Origin: Reclinomonas americana ATCC 50394
Taxonomy: Eukaryota
Direction of reading: 5' to 3'
NCBI GenBank assembly: GCA_048213135.1
Contig: PS015381.1
Coordinates: forward strand, 4,229-52,425
DNA length: 48,197 bases
Part shown: piece after piece, positions 1 through 11,478 of the stretch
Numbering within the stretch: position 1 is the stretch's first letter
How the letters are laid out: each line of letters starts with the position of its first letter
Translations under genes and position numbers: made by a program
Notes under the pieces: model-generated
What the model saw: only the letters and a program-made list of their open reading frames with translations
Databases searched by the model: none
What the model was told of the DNA's origin: nothing

Positions 1-69
1 GTTGATGGCGTGATTTCGTTTGGAGAAGGAGGGATCGGTGGCATCGACTCCGGGCGCGTAGATCTCCAT
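1..69 (-). CDS. Possible 5' end of a gene leaving the window (MEIYAPGVDATDPSFSKRNHAIN...)
   Basis: Open frame from an ATG at 69, with TATAAA (about 189-194) and CCAAT-like boxes (about 322 and 421) upstream on the minus strand. Too short to identify. Confidence 0.3.
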   Translation of the reverse strand, partial: MEIYAPGVDATDPSFSKRNHAIN

Positions 70-647
70 GTGTCTCGACTGTGAGACGAGCGAGTTGGTC
101 GGGCGAGTCAGCAGGGTGCACACGGCGATGCGGTGGCCTGCAAAGGGGAGTGAGTAATTTGAGATTCAGAGATTCGACGATGCGTGACTTTATAGACACG
201 TTGTGGTGAAGAGCAGGGAGTGAGGGAGGCGTGAGAAAGAGAGAGGGGAGAGGGAAGAGAGATAGTGTGTGTGAGTGTGTGTGGGAGAGAGAGATACAGA
301 GAAATCGACCGTTGAAAAACGATTGGGCGCGAATTGAGTGTGTGTGCGCACGTGAATGAGAGTGAGAGAGCGAGTGGAGGAGGGCGTGACGTACCGCGAT
401 AGATGAGCCAACGGCACATGATTGGCGGTGTGAGAGAGAAACGAGGAGAGGGTGAATTGGATTGACCGATTTTGGTTTCTCGCAGCGAATGTTCGAATCC
501 GCAACTTTCCAACAAACGAAGTTACTCTTACAGCTGCTGACATGGACGCTTGCGGCCTGCAGAATATGACACTCAGACCACCTGAGCTGCATCTGCAAAC
601 CACAGACTCGGCGTTGGCACAAGTGTTTACATTGACGTTCTATAGTT

Positions 648-3557
648 CTATATTACATAAACAACACGGCTGTCTCGCAACCGCGACAGTCTATCAACAA
701 CGCAGTCTATCAACAACGCGGCTGCACAAAGACGGTGAGACACACAAAACCACCAACACGGCGAGCAGCAGCGATTTGCACGTACCATTGAATGGCTGAG
801 ATACACCACAGCTCGTAGACCAGATCGGATGAGCTCGTCGGCCGCCGCCTTCCGCGTGACGGCGTCCTCGTGCCTGTCGAAATTTGTGAAAGCGAGTTGG
901 CCCACTGGCAGCTCGCCCTCCACCCGCTCGGTGAGCTTGGAATGTGCCCAACGCTGTTCCTCGTCAATATCCACAGCGAGTTGTCGCCCCTCTCGGCGGC
1001 GAGCCTCACACAGGCGGACTTCAGGTGTCTCGTGCCAGAAGCTGAGTTGTTCGTGGTCGTCCATCGGCGAGTGCGCCATATAGCTGAACACCCAACCGAG
1101 AGTGTCCATCGCGCGTCGAAGGCCATTGATGTTGCGCGACAGCCATTGACGGGCATCAGCGCTAGTCGCTCCGTCAGCGGGCTCCACCCAGCCAAGGAAG
1201 GCGGCCAAGCGCTTCGTTTTGAGACCGTCGTTGCCATAGGCCAAGGGAACACGACTGTGCCGACATAGCCAGATAAATCGCTCAGCCTCAGCCACTGTCC
1301 CCAACACCCGCAACGCCGGAAGCTGCGGGCATTCCTCTGGCAGGTCGACAATCAGAACCGCCGGCGTCTCGGCATCACACGCCACACCGGCGTTGCGGCA
1401 GCGTTCCTTCCTAAGCATTTCCCTTCCCCGGGCATGCCAGCAGGCACGAGAAAAAGTCTCAAAGAAGTAGAACGCCTCCTGCGGCGACAAGTCACTGTTG
1501 GGCCAGGATCGGTAGTCGGTAACGTTTTCGTCTCGAAGGATCATCTTGGCAACAGATCCGATACACCCGTGATACCATCGCTTGTAGCCGACAGCAGGTG
1601 CCTTGAGTTTGGCTTCCGTCAACAGTCGTCCGACAATGTCCGAGTCTGTCGAGGCAAAGTTGCGAGGAACCACGGTGGCACACACGAGAACGCCGGAGAC
1701 TGTACTCGGGAAGTCTACACGCTGGCAACCTCCCAGTGGCCCTCGACGGCGCGCCTTGTCAACTGCTTGATCGATAGTCGCCTGCTCTGATGCGTACACT
1801 CGCAGTCCATAGGCGGTGCCGACGTACGTCGCCAGCCAATCAGTCACGTCGTCCTCGCTCGGAGTGCGCTCTGCGTACCGTAAATCCTCAAGCCAACTCA
1901 TGAAAGCTCGTCGAGCGGACACTTCAAGGCACTCGAGTGACTGCCCGGGGTCGCGAGAAGGAAAACGTGACGCGACCGACCACAGTAGTCCAGGCAAGTA
2001 CTCCGATACAAAACGAGCTGCACCAATGCGATACAGTTCGATACATGTTGGCGAGCCCGGAGTCACCAGCCGCAACGCCTCCGCTGGAGACAACCCACAA
2101 AGGCAGAGCTCGTCCAGTAACGATGCATACAACACGGTATGCTGCTCGCCAAGCCAGTACATGCAAGTCCAGTAATCGCGGCAAGACGAAGAGAGAATTG
2201 TTGAACGGAAAGCTTCTCGCGCCACTGCGTCACACTCGGGAGACGCCAACGACATGAGTCGCAGTGCAGGAGATTGCGTAAGGCCACACTCCTTCGCACC
2301 AAAGTCGGCAAGCCGCCGGAAGACCGTGCATGACAGTGCAGCGATCATTTTCCGCACGTCACCTGCATTGATATCCAAATCTCGTCCGTCGTCAGTAAAC
2401 AGACCAATCATACTGGTGAAGATCGCCGCCACCAGTGCATCCTCATCCACATTCTGGCCGAGCGGAAACACGCTGTTGAGCATGCGGATGACGACATCGC
2501 AGGTGACACGATCTCGGCAGCGAAAGTTGATGTTCCGGTACGCCGTAAGTAGCGCCACTGCTGACCGTACATCGTGGTGCGATGTGCTGGAGGTGACGAG
2601 GGCGACAATACACTCCACCGCACCGCGCTCTCGAAACTCGGCTTGTAGACGTTCCGAGTCAAACGTGACGTTGCCGATGAAGGTGGCACAGTACTCCAAC
2701 TCGAGTCGACGGGCACTGGACACCTCGAGCTCGCGCTGAAGGACGCCCATGGCACAGTCAATGAACGGTGCGGCTGCATCGTCGTGGTTGGGGTGGTTGT
2801 GAAACCACACTCCGAGAAGATGGTACACGCGGCCGCGGAGGCCGGGGCAATCAACGTCGCTGCGAAGCACATCCAGCAGCACGCGCAAGCAGTCGTCGTC
2901 GCTGCGCAGCAGCTCAAGGATGGCATCGTCACCGTCAGGGATATCGTCAACGGCGGCCGCGAATGCGGAGGGAACGGCTAACACCTCGTCAACTGCAGAC
3001 GAGAACTGTGAACGGATGCAGACGCCCAGCAGCAGCTCAACCAGCGCAGCAAACGAATGAGAGTCCTCGTCAGTAATCACAGAATCGTCAACCGTCGTCG
3101 TTGAGAGAGGAGGTCGAGGTGAACACCGACGCAGTCGATCAAGCGCGGCGGAAGCAATCGCCAGACGCACTGGACGATCGCGGAACACCGACGCTCTTGT
3201 GAGAAATGGCTGCAGCAGCAGGATCGCCAGCACTCCGACCACGCCATGTTGGTAGTCCTCTGCTCGACTCAACATGCCGAGAGTGGCCTCGCACAACTCC
3301 ACCAGCATGTCGTCAACACGATTGCCTCTCTCCAACCGGCCGTCCTGCCTCTCGATCATCACATCGTCACAAACAGTCGCCGCGTGCACGAGTCGCCGAG
3401 TGGCCGATTCGGCGAGCTTCAGATGGAGCACGGCGCTTTCCGCGAACTCTTGTTGTAGTTGTGCCTCGGCATCCTGCAGGCCTCTCAAGGCGAGCCGGAG
3501 CTCATCCTCGGTCTTGTCGTGTTGCATATCGACGACCACTGTATCAGATGACAACAT
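648..3557 (-). CDS. 969-aa protein: N-terminal helical/ARM-like region plus C-terminal ADP-ribosyltransferase-fold (DUF3990-like) domain
   Basis: Uninterrupted 2.9-kb ORF. The Leu/Ala-rich helical N-half has ARM-like segments (CATFIGNVTFDSERLQAEFRERGAVECIVALV). The C-terminal part shows WYHG...SDLS..AFYF...A..HA...PAVLIVDL...QLAF, the motif order of ART-fold/DUF3990-like domains. A possible intron at ATG|GTACGT (about 783) could alter the extreme C-terminus. Confidence 0.6.
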   Translation of the reverse strand: MLSSDTVVVDMQHDKTEDELRLALRGLQDAEAQLQQEFAESAVLHLKLAESATRRLVHAATVCDDVMIERQDGRLERGNRVDDMLVELCEATLGMLSRAEDYQHGVVGVLAILLLQPFLTRASVFRDRPVRLAIASAALDRLRRCSPRPPLSTTTVDDSVITDEDSHSFAALVELLLGVCIRSQFSSAVDEVLAVPSAFAAAVDDIPDGDDAILELLRSDDDCLRVLLDVLRSDVDCPGLRGRVYHLLGVWFHNHPNHDDAAAPFIDCAMGVLQRELEVSSARRLELEYCATFIGNVTFDSERLQAEFRERGAVECIVALVTSSTSHHDVRSAVALLTAYRNINFRCRDRVTCDVVIRMLNSVFPLGQNVDEDALVAAIFTSMIGLFTDDGRDLDINAGDVRKMIAALSCTVFRRLADFGAKECGLTQSPALRLMSLASPECDAVAREAFRSTILSSSCRDYWTCMYWLGEQHTVLYASLLDELCLCGLSPAEALRLVTPGSPTCIELYRIGAARFVSEYLPGLLWSVASRFPSRDPGQSLECLEVSARRAFMSWLEDLRYAERTPSEDDVTDWLATYVGTAYGLRVYASEQATIDQAVDKARRRGPLGGCQRVDFPSTVSGVLVCATVVPRNFASTDSDIVGRLLTEAKLKAPAVGYKRWYHGCIGSVAKMILRDENVTDYRSWPNSDLSPQEAFYFFETFSRACWHARGREMLRKERCRNAGVACDAETPAVLIVDLPEECPQLPALRVLGTVAEAERFIWLCRHSRVPLAYGNDGLKTKRLAAFLGWVEPADGATSADARQWLSRNINGLRRAMDTLGWVFSYMAHSPMDDHEQLSFWHETPEVRLCEARRREGRQLAVDIDEEQRWAHSKLTERVEGELPVGQLAFTNFDRHEDAVTRKAAADELIRSGLRAVVYLSHSMVRANRCCSPCWWFCVSHRLCAAALLIDCVVDRLSRLRDSRVVYVI

Positions 3558-4140
3558 TTACACAACAACAACAACAGCAACAACAACAAGTGACATGGGT
3601 GGAGCTTGCAAGCAGAGCGGTGTTGGGCGGAAGGCCCCACAACGCCACAACCATGGCCAGGAAGGAAGGAAACAGCATAGATGCGGCGGCAGACTCACGA
3701 TCGATTGCCACTGTGCCCATAATTAGACTCACATGCGCAGATCTGGCAAGCTACTGCGCGCGTGCCTGCTGTGGAAGCAGTCGTCGCGCGGAGCCCAGAT
3801 GCGTCGTCGTATCACGCGATCGTCAGACGACAGAGAGACTGCGTGACAAGTCGAACGAGTGTCACACGCAGTGGTGCGAGAAGGCCGCCGACTGCACAAC
3901 AGAGTGGCACAAACCGCAGTCAAGCAGCAGAGTGAAACGCACCTCGCTCTTGTCTTCACGAATAGAATAGAAACGCGACAACAGTCGATTGGTTGGTTGC
4001 AACTCCGTTCACGCCTCACTNNNNNNNNNNNNNNNNNNNNNNNNNNNNNNNNNNNNNNNNNNNNNNNNNNNNNNNNNNNNNNNNNNNNNNNNNNNNNNNN
4101 NNNNNNNNNNNNNNNNNNNNNNNNNNNNNNNCGACAACAA

Positions 4141-4157
4141 CACACACACACACACAC

Positions 4158-4215
<58 letters not shown>

Positions 4216-4258
4216 CGGAAAAATGCAGCTGACATGCATGCACACACACACACACACA
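4141..4258 (+). repeat. (CA)n microsatellite
   Basis: Directly visible next to an assembly gap. Confidence 0.95.
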
Positions 4259-4259
4259 G

Positions 4260-7200
4260 CCAACTGCCGGTGAATGCAGTGGCACTCGCAACGTCGACGA
4301 GGAGGAGCGCGAGGCAATGCACGTGGAAGAGGTATGCACACATTGTCTCTCTTTATATTCTCTCTGTCACATTGAAATGTGTGCAGGTTGCCGCCGACGC
4401 CTCCTCTCCTGTTGTTTCCTCACTCACTCGCCCCGACGGAGTGGCCGTGCTGACCATCAACAACCCGCCAGTCAACTCGCTCACTGAGCGCGTGTTCAAG
4501 GAGCTGTTTGAGTTGCGTTTACCTTCTTCTTGTCTTTGCATGAAAAAATGTTGATCTCATCATCGTGCATGGTTAGAGGGTACGCGCGTGCGGTGGCCGA
4601 CAAGGCCGTCAAGGCGATTGTCGTGCAGGGCGCCGGCAATGTCTTTGTGGCCGGTGCCGATATCAAGATGCTGCAGCGTCAGCAGCGTGAGAGTTCTGTT
4701 TCCCCCCGCCTTCTCTGTCTCATTTCCCTCTCTGTCTCTCCCTCATCCCTTCATCGTGTGTCTTTCTTTGTTCGTCAGTCGGTCCCGTGCTCCCTTTCTC
4801 TTCTCTCGCCTCCCGTCGCTCCCCTCTATCTCCCTCTCTTGGCTGTCTGTCCCTCCCTCATCCCTTCATTCTGTGTCTTTGTTCAGGCGGTCCCGTTCGC
4901 CCTTTCTCTTCACTCTCTTCCCGTCGCTCTCCTCTACCTCTCTTGTTTGCTTCGCTGTCTGTCTCTCTCTCATCCCTTCATCGTGTGTCTTTCTTTGTTC
5001 ATCAGTCGGTCCCGTTCTCCCTTTCTCTTCTCTCTCCTCCCGTCGCCCTCCTCTACCTCTCTTGTTTGCTTCGCTGTTTGTCTCTCCCTCCTCCCCTCAC
5101 CCTGTGTCTTTGTTCATCAGTCGGTCCCGTTCTCCCAGGCCCTTTCTCTTCTCTCTCCTCCCGTCGCCCTCCTCTATCTCCCTTTCTTGGCTGTCTGTCT
5201 CTCCCTCATCCCTTCACCCTGACAGTCTCTCCCCCTTCGCCCTCTCTCTCTATCTTTCTCCCTTTGTGGTTGTTTGTCTGTCTGTCAGTCCCTCTCTCTC
5301 TCCCCTTCTCCCTCCCATCCTCCCTCCCTTCTTCCCTTCCCCCCTTTCTCCTCGTCTCTCCCCTTTGTGTTTGTCCTTCTGTCTTCTGCAGTTCTGTCTC
5401 TCTGTCTTTCTCTCTCCACCCTTCGCCCTCTTCTATCTCCCCCGTGTGTGTGCTCTTGTGATCCGGTCCTCTCTCGCTTTGTTTGCTGTCTCAGTGTCTG
5501 TTCCTCCCTGCGCCCACTCTCGTGTTGCACCCTGCCTTCGCCTTCTTTTTCTCTCCCTCTCTCTTTGTCTGTCTCTAACAGTGACCCCTTTCCCCCCTTG
5601 GCATTCCTTCCCCACCCTCCCTTCCTTCTCCCCCTTCCCCTTCCCCTCTCTTCCCCCCTCAGACGTCAACATGGCGCAGTTCCTCGACGGCGTGAACGAG
5701 AAGCTCAACCAGCTCGAGTCTGGCCCGAAGCCGGTGGTGGCCGCCATCAAGTCGCTGGCCCTCGGCGGCGGCCTGGAGATCGCCATGGGCTGCCACGCGC
5801 GCATCTGCACCGCCGACTCCAAGCTTGGTCTGCCCGAGTTGCAGGTCTGTGTGTGTGCACCTTGTTTCTACTTGCAGCCGAGTCAACTCACTCTCTCGCG
5901 TGTTTGTCAGCTTGGCATTATTCCGGGCAATGGGTTAGTGCATTCTTCTCCTTTCTTCCATCTACAATCCTCTCACCCGCGTCGCGCACAGTGGCACGCA
6001 GCGTCTGCCGCGTCTGGTGGGCGTGCAAAAGGCCCTCGAGATGATGCTGGTGCGACACTCTCTTCCCCCTTGCCCCTTACCTTTCTTTACTGACGTTTGT
6101 CGGGCATGCAGCTGAGCAAGCAAATCAAGGCCGAGGAGGCCAAGAAACTCGGCCTGGTCGACGAGGTGGTGCCGAATGCCGCCGGTCTGCTGGATGCGGC
6201 TGCGGAGTACGCGCTGAAGCTGGCCTCCGGCACCATCAAGCGCCGCGAGGCGCTCACCTACACGCGCAAGCTGGAGGCATCGCTGATGGTGTCGATGATT
6301 TGCGCCGAGGCTCGCCGCCGTGCCAAGAAGCAAAATCCGCACGTGAACCACACAATCGAGTGCATCGATGTGGTCGAGGTCGGCGTCTCCAAGGGCGGTG
6401 CCGCCGGCTTGAAGGCTGTTGAGTCAGCGCGCATATGCCTCCCTCTCTCTTTCATGTGACTCATTCCACCCGCAGGAAGCGGAGGCGTTTGCTCGCTGCC
6501 AGCTGTCGGACGTGGGTCGCGCGCTCGTCTCGTTCTTCTTGGCCACTCGCGCCACGTCGCATGTGCCGGGAGTGACGGACACGGGGGCCAAGCCGCGCAA
6601 GATTCGCAGGTGGGTGGGGGGAGGAGAAGGGGGGGAAGGGGAAGAGAGAAGCAAATGGAATCATCGTCGGTCACCACTTTCTGCCTTGGTGTGTTTGTGG
6701 GGAGGCACTGTGTGATTTGACCTTTGATTTGATATTGTTCTTGTGGCGTTGTTTTTGTTTGATTGTGTGCTTGAGAGCAAGAGAGTTCTATTCTGTGTCT
6801 GCATGCGAGTCTTCCTCTCCATCTTTGCGCTTGTGTGGAGACTCCTCTCACCTCTCTCTCCTCCTCAGTATGGCCGTCGTCGGTGGCGGCTTGATGGGCA
6901 GCGGCATTGCCGGTAATGCTCTTCTCCGTGGCCTGCGCGTGATTGTCAAGGAGGTGAACCAGCAGGCACTCGACGGCGCCATTGCTCGTGTGCACGGTTT
7001 GCTTGTTCGCCTTCCTGTGCTATCGCACTCCGGTGTCACACTCATGAGGATTGCAGCCATTCTGGATTCGCGCCTGAAGAAGAAGCGCATGACCAAGGAG
7101 CAGTACGACGCCTGCAAGGCCAACTTTGTTCCGCAAACCGACTTTGCCGGCTTCAACCAGGTTGACCTGGTCATTGAGGCGGCCATTGAGAATGTGGAGC

Positions 7201-10200
7201 TGAAGCAGCGCATCTTTGCCGATCTCGAGCGCGAATGCAGCAAGACGGTGCGCCTCTCTTCACTTTCAGTCTGGGTGTGTTGGGCGATTGACCGAGTGGC
7301 CTTTCTATGTTGCAGTGCATTCTGGCCACCAACACCAGCACCATCGACCTCGACATTGTCGGCGCCAAGACGAGTGCCTCGGATCGCATTGTTGGTCTGC
7401 ACTACTTTTCGTTGCGTCCCTGTCACGTGTGTGCTGTGTGGCGCATGAGCGATCGCCTGACGACTACTGGCGGCAGACCGGCGCACGTCATGCCGCTGCT
7501 GGAGATCATTCGCGGCAAGGCGACCTCTGCGCAGGTGATGATCGGCGTGTGTCAGTGTGTCAGCGGGATTTCTCGCTCTTGATCGTTTGACGCTGTGTTC
7601 GTTGTTCAGGTGATTGTCGACTCTCTCGGCTTCTCGAAGCAAGTCACCAAGACACCGATCGTCGTCGGCAACTGCCCAGGTGTGTGCTGCGTTGGTGGGC
7701 ATTGTTGCTTGCTGAGTGATTGCTGACACGCGCGCACGCAGGCTTCATGATCAACCGGTAACGTGGTGGTGGTACATGGAGTCGTTTTCGTGCCGCATTT
7801 CGTTCTCACCTTATTTGTTTTGATCTTGGGACGTGATGCAGCATCTTCTTCCCCATGTTGCGTGAATGTGGTTTCTTGTTGTCGTGAGCTTGTTTCAGTG
7901 CTGACTTGTCGATCATTTCTGCGTGACTAGGTCGTTGCGTAGCTTGGTGTGCGCTTCCTGTTCTCACACAGTAGCTCACACCTCGCGGCAGAGCGAGTCT
8001 GCAGTTCCTGGTGGAGCGCGGCATGGATCCGTACGCCATCGACAAGATCATGCAGGACTTTGGCATGGCTCTCGGCCCCTTCCGCACTGGCGGTCTGTGA
8101 TATGGGTGAAAATCGCCCTGTGTACCTTCCTGCTGCTTGTGATATCTTCTCTCCTCTTTTCGTGATGTGCACCGCAGCATATCCTCTGAGCAGCGCGCTG
8201 TGGAGTTTCTCTCATTTCTGTCAGCTGCATACGTACTGCACAAGTCATCTGTCTGGTTGCTTCTCGTGGATGGCGCTGCATATCTACCGAATGTGTTTTC
8301 CCTGTCGTCACTCCTTCTCTGATGTTTACGCTTTGATCCATCTGCTCCGTTGCCACAAATATCAGTGTGGTTGCTGCTTCTCGTGCAGTTGCCCATCTCC
8401 CTCGTTCCTCACACCGACCTGTCTCCGTTCCTCCCGTCTCTGTCCTTCCTTCGCTCTCCATCTGTCTCCCCCTTTCTCCCGTGTCCCCTCACCACCTCTC
8501 CCCTTCCTCCCTTCCTCCCTTCCTCCCTGTCCTGCGACAGACTTGGCCGGCCTCGACGTCCTCGTGTACGCCCACGCGCTGATGGCGCAGTACTACGGCG
8601 ACCGCACCACCGGCATTGAGATCGTCAAGCAAATGGTCGCCGATGGCCGCCTCGGACAAAAGACAGGCGCCGGCTACTACTCGTACGCCAAGGGATCGCG
8701 CGAGGCCAAGCCGGATGCGCGTGGCATTGCCAAGTACATTGAGGCCGCGCGCCGTGGCAGCAAGGTGTGCTCGTGTCTGGGCGTCTCTGCAGACTCTCTC
8801 GTGTCTCTTCCTTGGTGTTCACTCTGTGTTGTTTTCTGGCGATGCGTTCTCTTCACTGTCCCTTTCGTGCTGTGCGCGCCTCTTCAGGGCGACGCGTTCT
8901 CTCGCCCATCTCGTTCTTCCATCCTCTCCGCAACCGCTCCTCACTCTTTGTTCCTTCCCCCCATTCCTTCCCCGTGTTTCTTCCCGCCTGTTCCTTCCCC
9001 CTCACGTTCCCCCATCACTTCCCCCTCTCCCTTCCCCGTTCCTTTCCCTCTTCTTTTCCCCCTCTTCCTTCACCCTGNNNNNNNNNNNNNNNNNNNNNNN
9101 NNNNNNNNNNNNNNNNNNNNNNNNNNNNNNNNNNNNNNNNNNNNNNNNNNNNNNNNNNNNNNNNNNNNNNNNNNNNNNNNNNNNNNNNNNNNNNNNNNNN
9201 NNNNNNNNNNNNNNNNNNNNNNNNNNNNNNNNNNNNNNNNNNNNNNNNNNNNNNNNNNNNNNNNNNNNNNNNNNNNNNNNNNNNNNNNNNNNNNNNNNNN
9301 NNNNNNNNNNNNNNNNNNNNNNNNNNNNNNNNNNNNNNNNNNNNNNNNNNNNNNNNNNNNNNNNNNNNNNNNNNNNNNNNNNNNNNNNNNNNNNNNNNNN
9401 NNNNNNNNNNNNNNNNNNNNNNNNNNNNNNNNNNNNNNNNNNNNNNNNNNNNNNNNNNNNNNNNNNNNNNNNNNNNNNNNNNNNNNNNNNNNNNNNNNNN
9501 NNNNNNNNNNNNNNNNNNNNNNNNNNNNNNNNNNNNNNNNNNNNNNNNNNNNNNNNNNNNNNNNNNNNNNNNNNNNNNNNNNNNNNNNNNNNNNNNNNNN
9601 NNNNNNNNNNNNNNNNNNNNNNNNNNNNNNNNNNNNNNNNNNNNNNNNNNNNNNNNNNNNNNNNNNNNNNNNNNNNNNNNNNNNNNNNNNNNNNNNNNNN
9701 NNNNNNNNNNNNNNNNNNNNNNNNNNNNNNNNNNNNNNNNNNNNNNNNNNNNNNNNNNNNNNNNNNNNNNNNNNNNNNNNNNNNNNNNNNNNNNNNNNNN
9801 NNNNNNNNNNNNNNNGGCACGAAGATGTTTCTTCTCTTGCGTGTAACTCACCTGCCTGCCACAGATCGTGCTCTTCCCGATCGTGAACGAGGCCTGCCGC
9901 ACCCTCGACGACGGCATTGTCATTCGCGCTTCCGACATTGACGTGGGCACAGTTGCGTCCGCTTTCTCCCTCCCTCTACTCCTTTGCCCCCTCTCCCTCT
10001 CTCATCATCTCTCAAACAGGTCATGGGTATGGGCTTCCCACCGCACCGCGGCGGCCTCATGTGCTGGGCTGACACCCTCGGCTCCCGCTACATCTTCGAC
10101 CGCCTGAACGAGTGGAGCCGCACCAATGCCTCGCACGCCGCGCTCTTCCGTCCCTCGCCGTTCCTCGAGGCTCGCGCCCGCGACAACAAGCCGCTCAGCA

Positions 10201-10205
10201 AGTGA
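4260..10205 (+). CDS. Peroxisomal fatty-acid beta-oxidation multifunctional protein (enoyl-CoA hydratase + 3-hydroxyacyl-CoA dehydrogenase), plant MFP2/AIM1-like; about 20 exons, true 5' end probably in the gap at 4021-4131
   Basis: Spliced peptides [140 protein letters not shown] and GMGFPPHRGG are joined in frame by GT-AG introns. A gap at 9078-9815 lies inside the gene. Confidence 0.93.
4742..5220 (+). repeat. Degenerate CT-rich minisatellite of about 115 bp (about 4 units) inside an MFP intron
   Basis: The unit ctcatcccttcatcgtgtgtctttctttgttc..cagtcggtcccgtt..cccgtcgc restarts at about 4742, 4857, 4969, 5088 and 5205. Confidence 0.75.
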
Positions 10206-10523
10206 GCCACCACTGATGTGCACGCGCGCTTGTTACATCCTCTTTATCCGTTCAGAGTGTACGACGAAGGATGATGGGCTGCGGAAGTGGGGCTTGGTGT
10301 TCAGATACAGGGGTGAGCGCAAAATCGGTCATTATTGCCCGTGTACTTGTCCGTGTTTCTTCTCATGCCAGCGGACGAAACTCTGGATGGTGAACGTGAT
10401 CACGTTGTGGCAAGAATGCGACCCAGTGCAGCACACGGTAAGGCGGTGCTAATTCCGAACAGGCAGTGACAAAAGCATACTGTCTTTTCGCACTTTTTTC
10501 GTCGTCGTCACCGAGAACACACC

Positions 10524-11181
10524 ATGTCCAACGCTGCCACCGGTGTCTCTCTTCGTGGGTACTTTGTTGCTGCTGCAGGCAACGTGGAGGCCATGAAGGT
10601 GTGTGCAGTCGTGCGTGTGTCAGGGTGCACGGAATAATTACATCACAAACTTGTGCTTTGCACTTGCAGGCACTTGCCGACGAGGCTGTGAGCATCGTGC
10701 GTGCTGTTGGTGCGGAGAGTGGCTGCCGCAAGTTCGGCTAGTTGCGTTTTTTGTGTGAAGGAATCAACGCGCGCGTGCTCACCCGTCAACTCACACTCCC
10801 TTGTCTCTTGCAACACGTAGTTCCATGTCTCCGGGTGCGCTGGGGAGCGTCACGTTTACTTTCATCGGTTCGCCTCTCTTGTCGTTGAGCGCACAACAGC
10901 GCCCTGTGTTGCTCATTGTACACTGTGGCAGACGAGCATGACAGTGCGGAATCAGTGTTGGCGCACTTGGCGCGCGTGCACGGACCACTGAGTGGCACCG
11001 TCAATGTGTCAGCCTTGACGCGTTTCGAGGTGAGCAAAACAGCATGATGCTCTGCGCTGCGGCTGGCCATGGTGCTGACCTGCGAGCGCAGGTCATTGGC
11101 CCGAAGGCCGAACTGGACAAGCTGCGCGCGGCCCCGGAGGTTCTCGCGCTGCAGCCGGTCTTCTTTGAGCTGCAGGAGTGA
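10524..11181 (+). CDS. Small ABM-like (dimeric alpha+beta barrel) protein, tandem copy 1, 5 exons
   Basis: Splices to MSNAATGVSLRGYFVAAAGNVEAMKALADEAVSIVRAVGAESGCRKFGYSMSPGALGSVTFTFIDEHDSAESVLAHLARVHGPLSGTVNVSALTRFEVIGPKAELDKLRAAPEVLALQPVFFELQE. It has ABM-type ExGC..F.Y and ..AHL patterns, and intron positions are shared by all three copies. Confidence 0.75.
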
Positions 11182-11478
11182 GAGCACGCTGCGTGAGTGC
11201 CACGGCGCAGCGCAGCGGACGCCGATATTGTTTAGCATGCGCGCGCGCTCTGCGCATCTAGATCTGCAGTACGAGTGAAGCTGCTGTCGGTGGCGATGCT
11301 CCCACGTGCGCAACAGAGTGCTTCGGAAAAACGCCAACCCCTTCCTGCCATTCGGCTCTGCTACTGCCTGCACATGTCGCACCCGCGCTGTGCCATCGTC
11401 CGCAGCGCTTCACTGCCTCGTCGACGTTATTACCCCGTCCCACACTTGTTTTTTCGCCGCTATCGCCGAGCACATACC

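Noticed and set aside
688-720. 16-bp tandem duplication cagtctatcaacaacg x2
   Set aside because: Only two adjacent copies with no spacer; not CRISPR-like and not a demonstrable target-site duplication.
4512-4576. Reading the GTTGCG sites as non-canonical G|TTGCG (TT-AG) introns
   Set aside because: Keeping the G in the exon frameshifts the conserved proteins, so the cut must precede GT.
4588-6093. Long ORFs (e.g. 501 aa here, 437 aa at 15731) and ORFs spanning N runs
   Set aside because: They are artefacts of stop-poor CT-rich introns and gaps; only the embedded exons are real.
8178-8190. ATATCCTC resembling a U12 donor
   Set aside because: Imperfect consensus lying inside an ordinary GT-AG intron whose removal already gives the right frame.
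10203-10280. Stop-codon read-through creating a cryptic PTS1 on MFP
   Set aside because: The TGA is followed by GCC rather than CTA, and the extension ends ...DEG*, which is not a PTS1.
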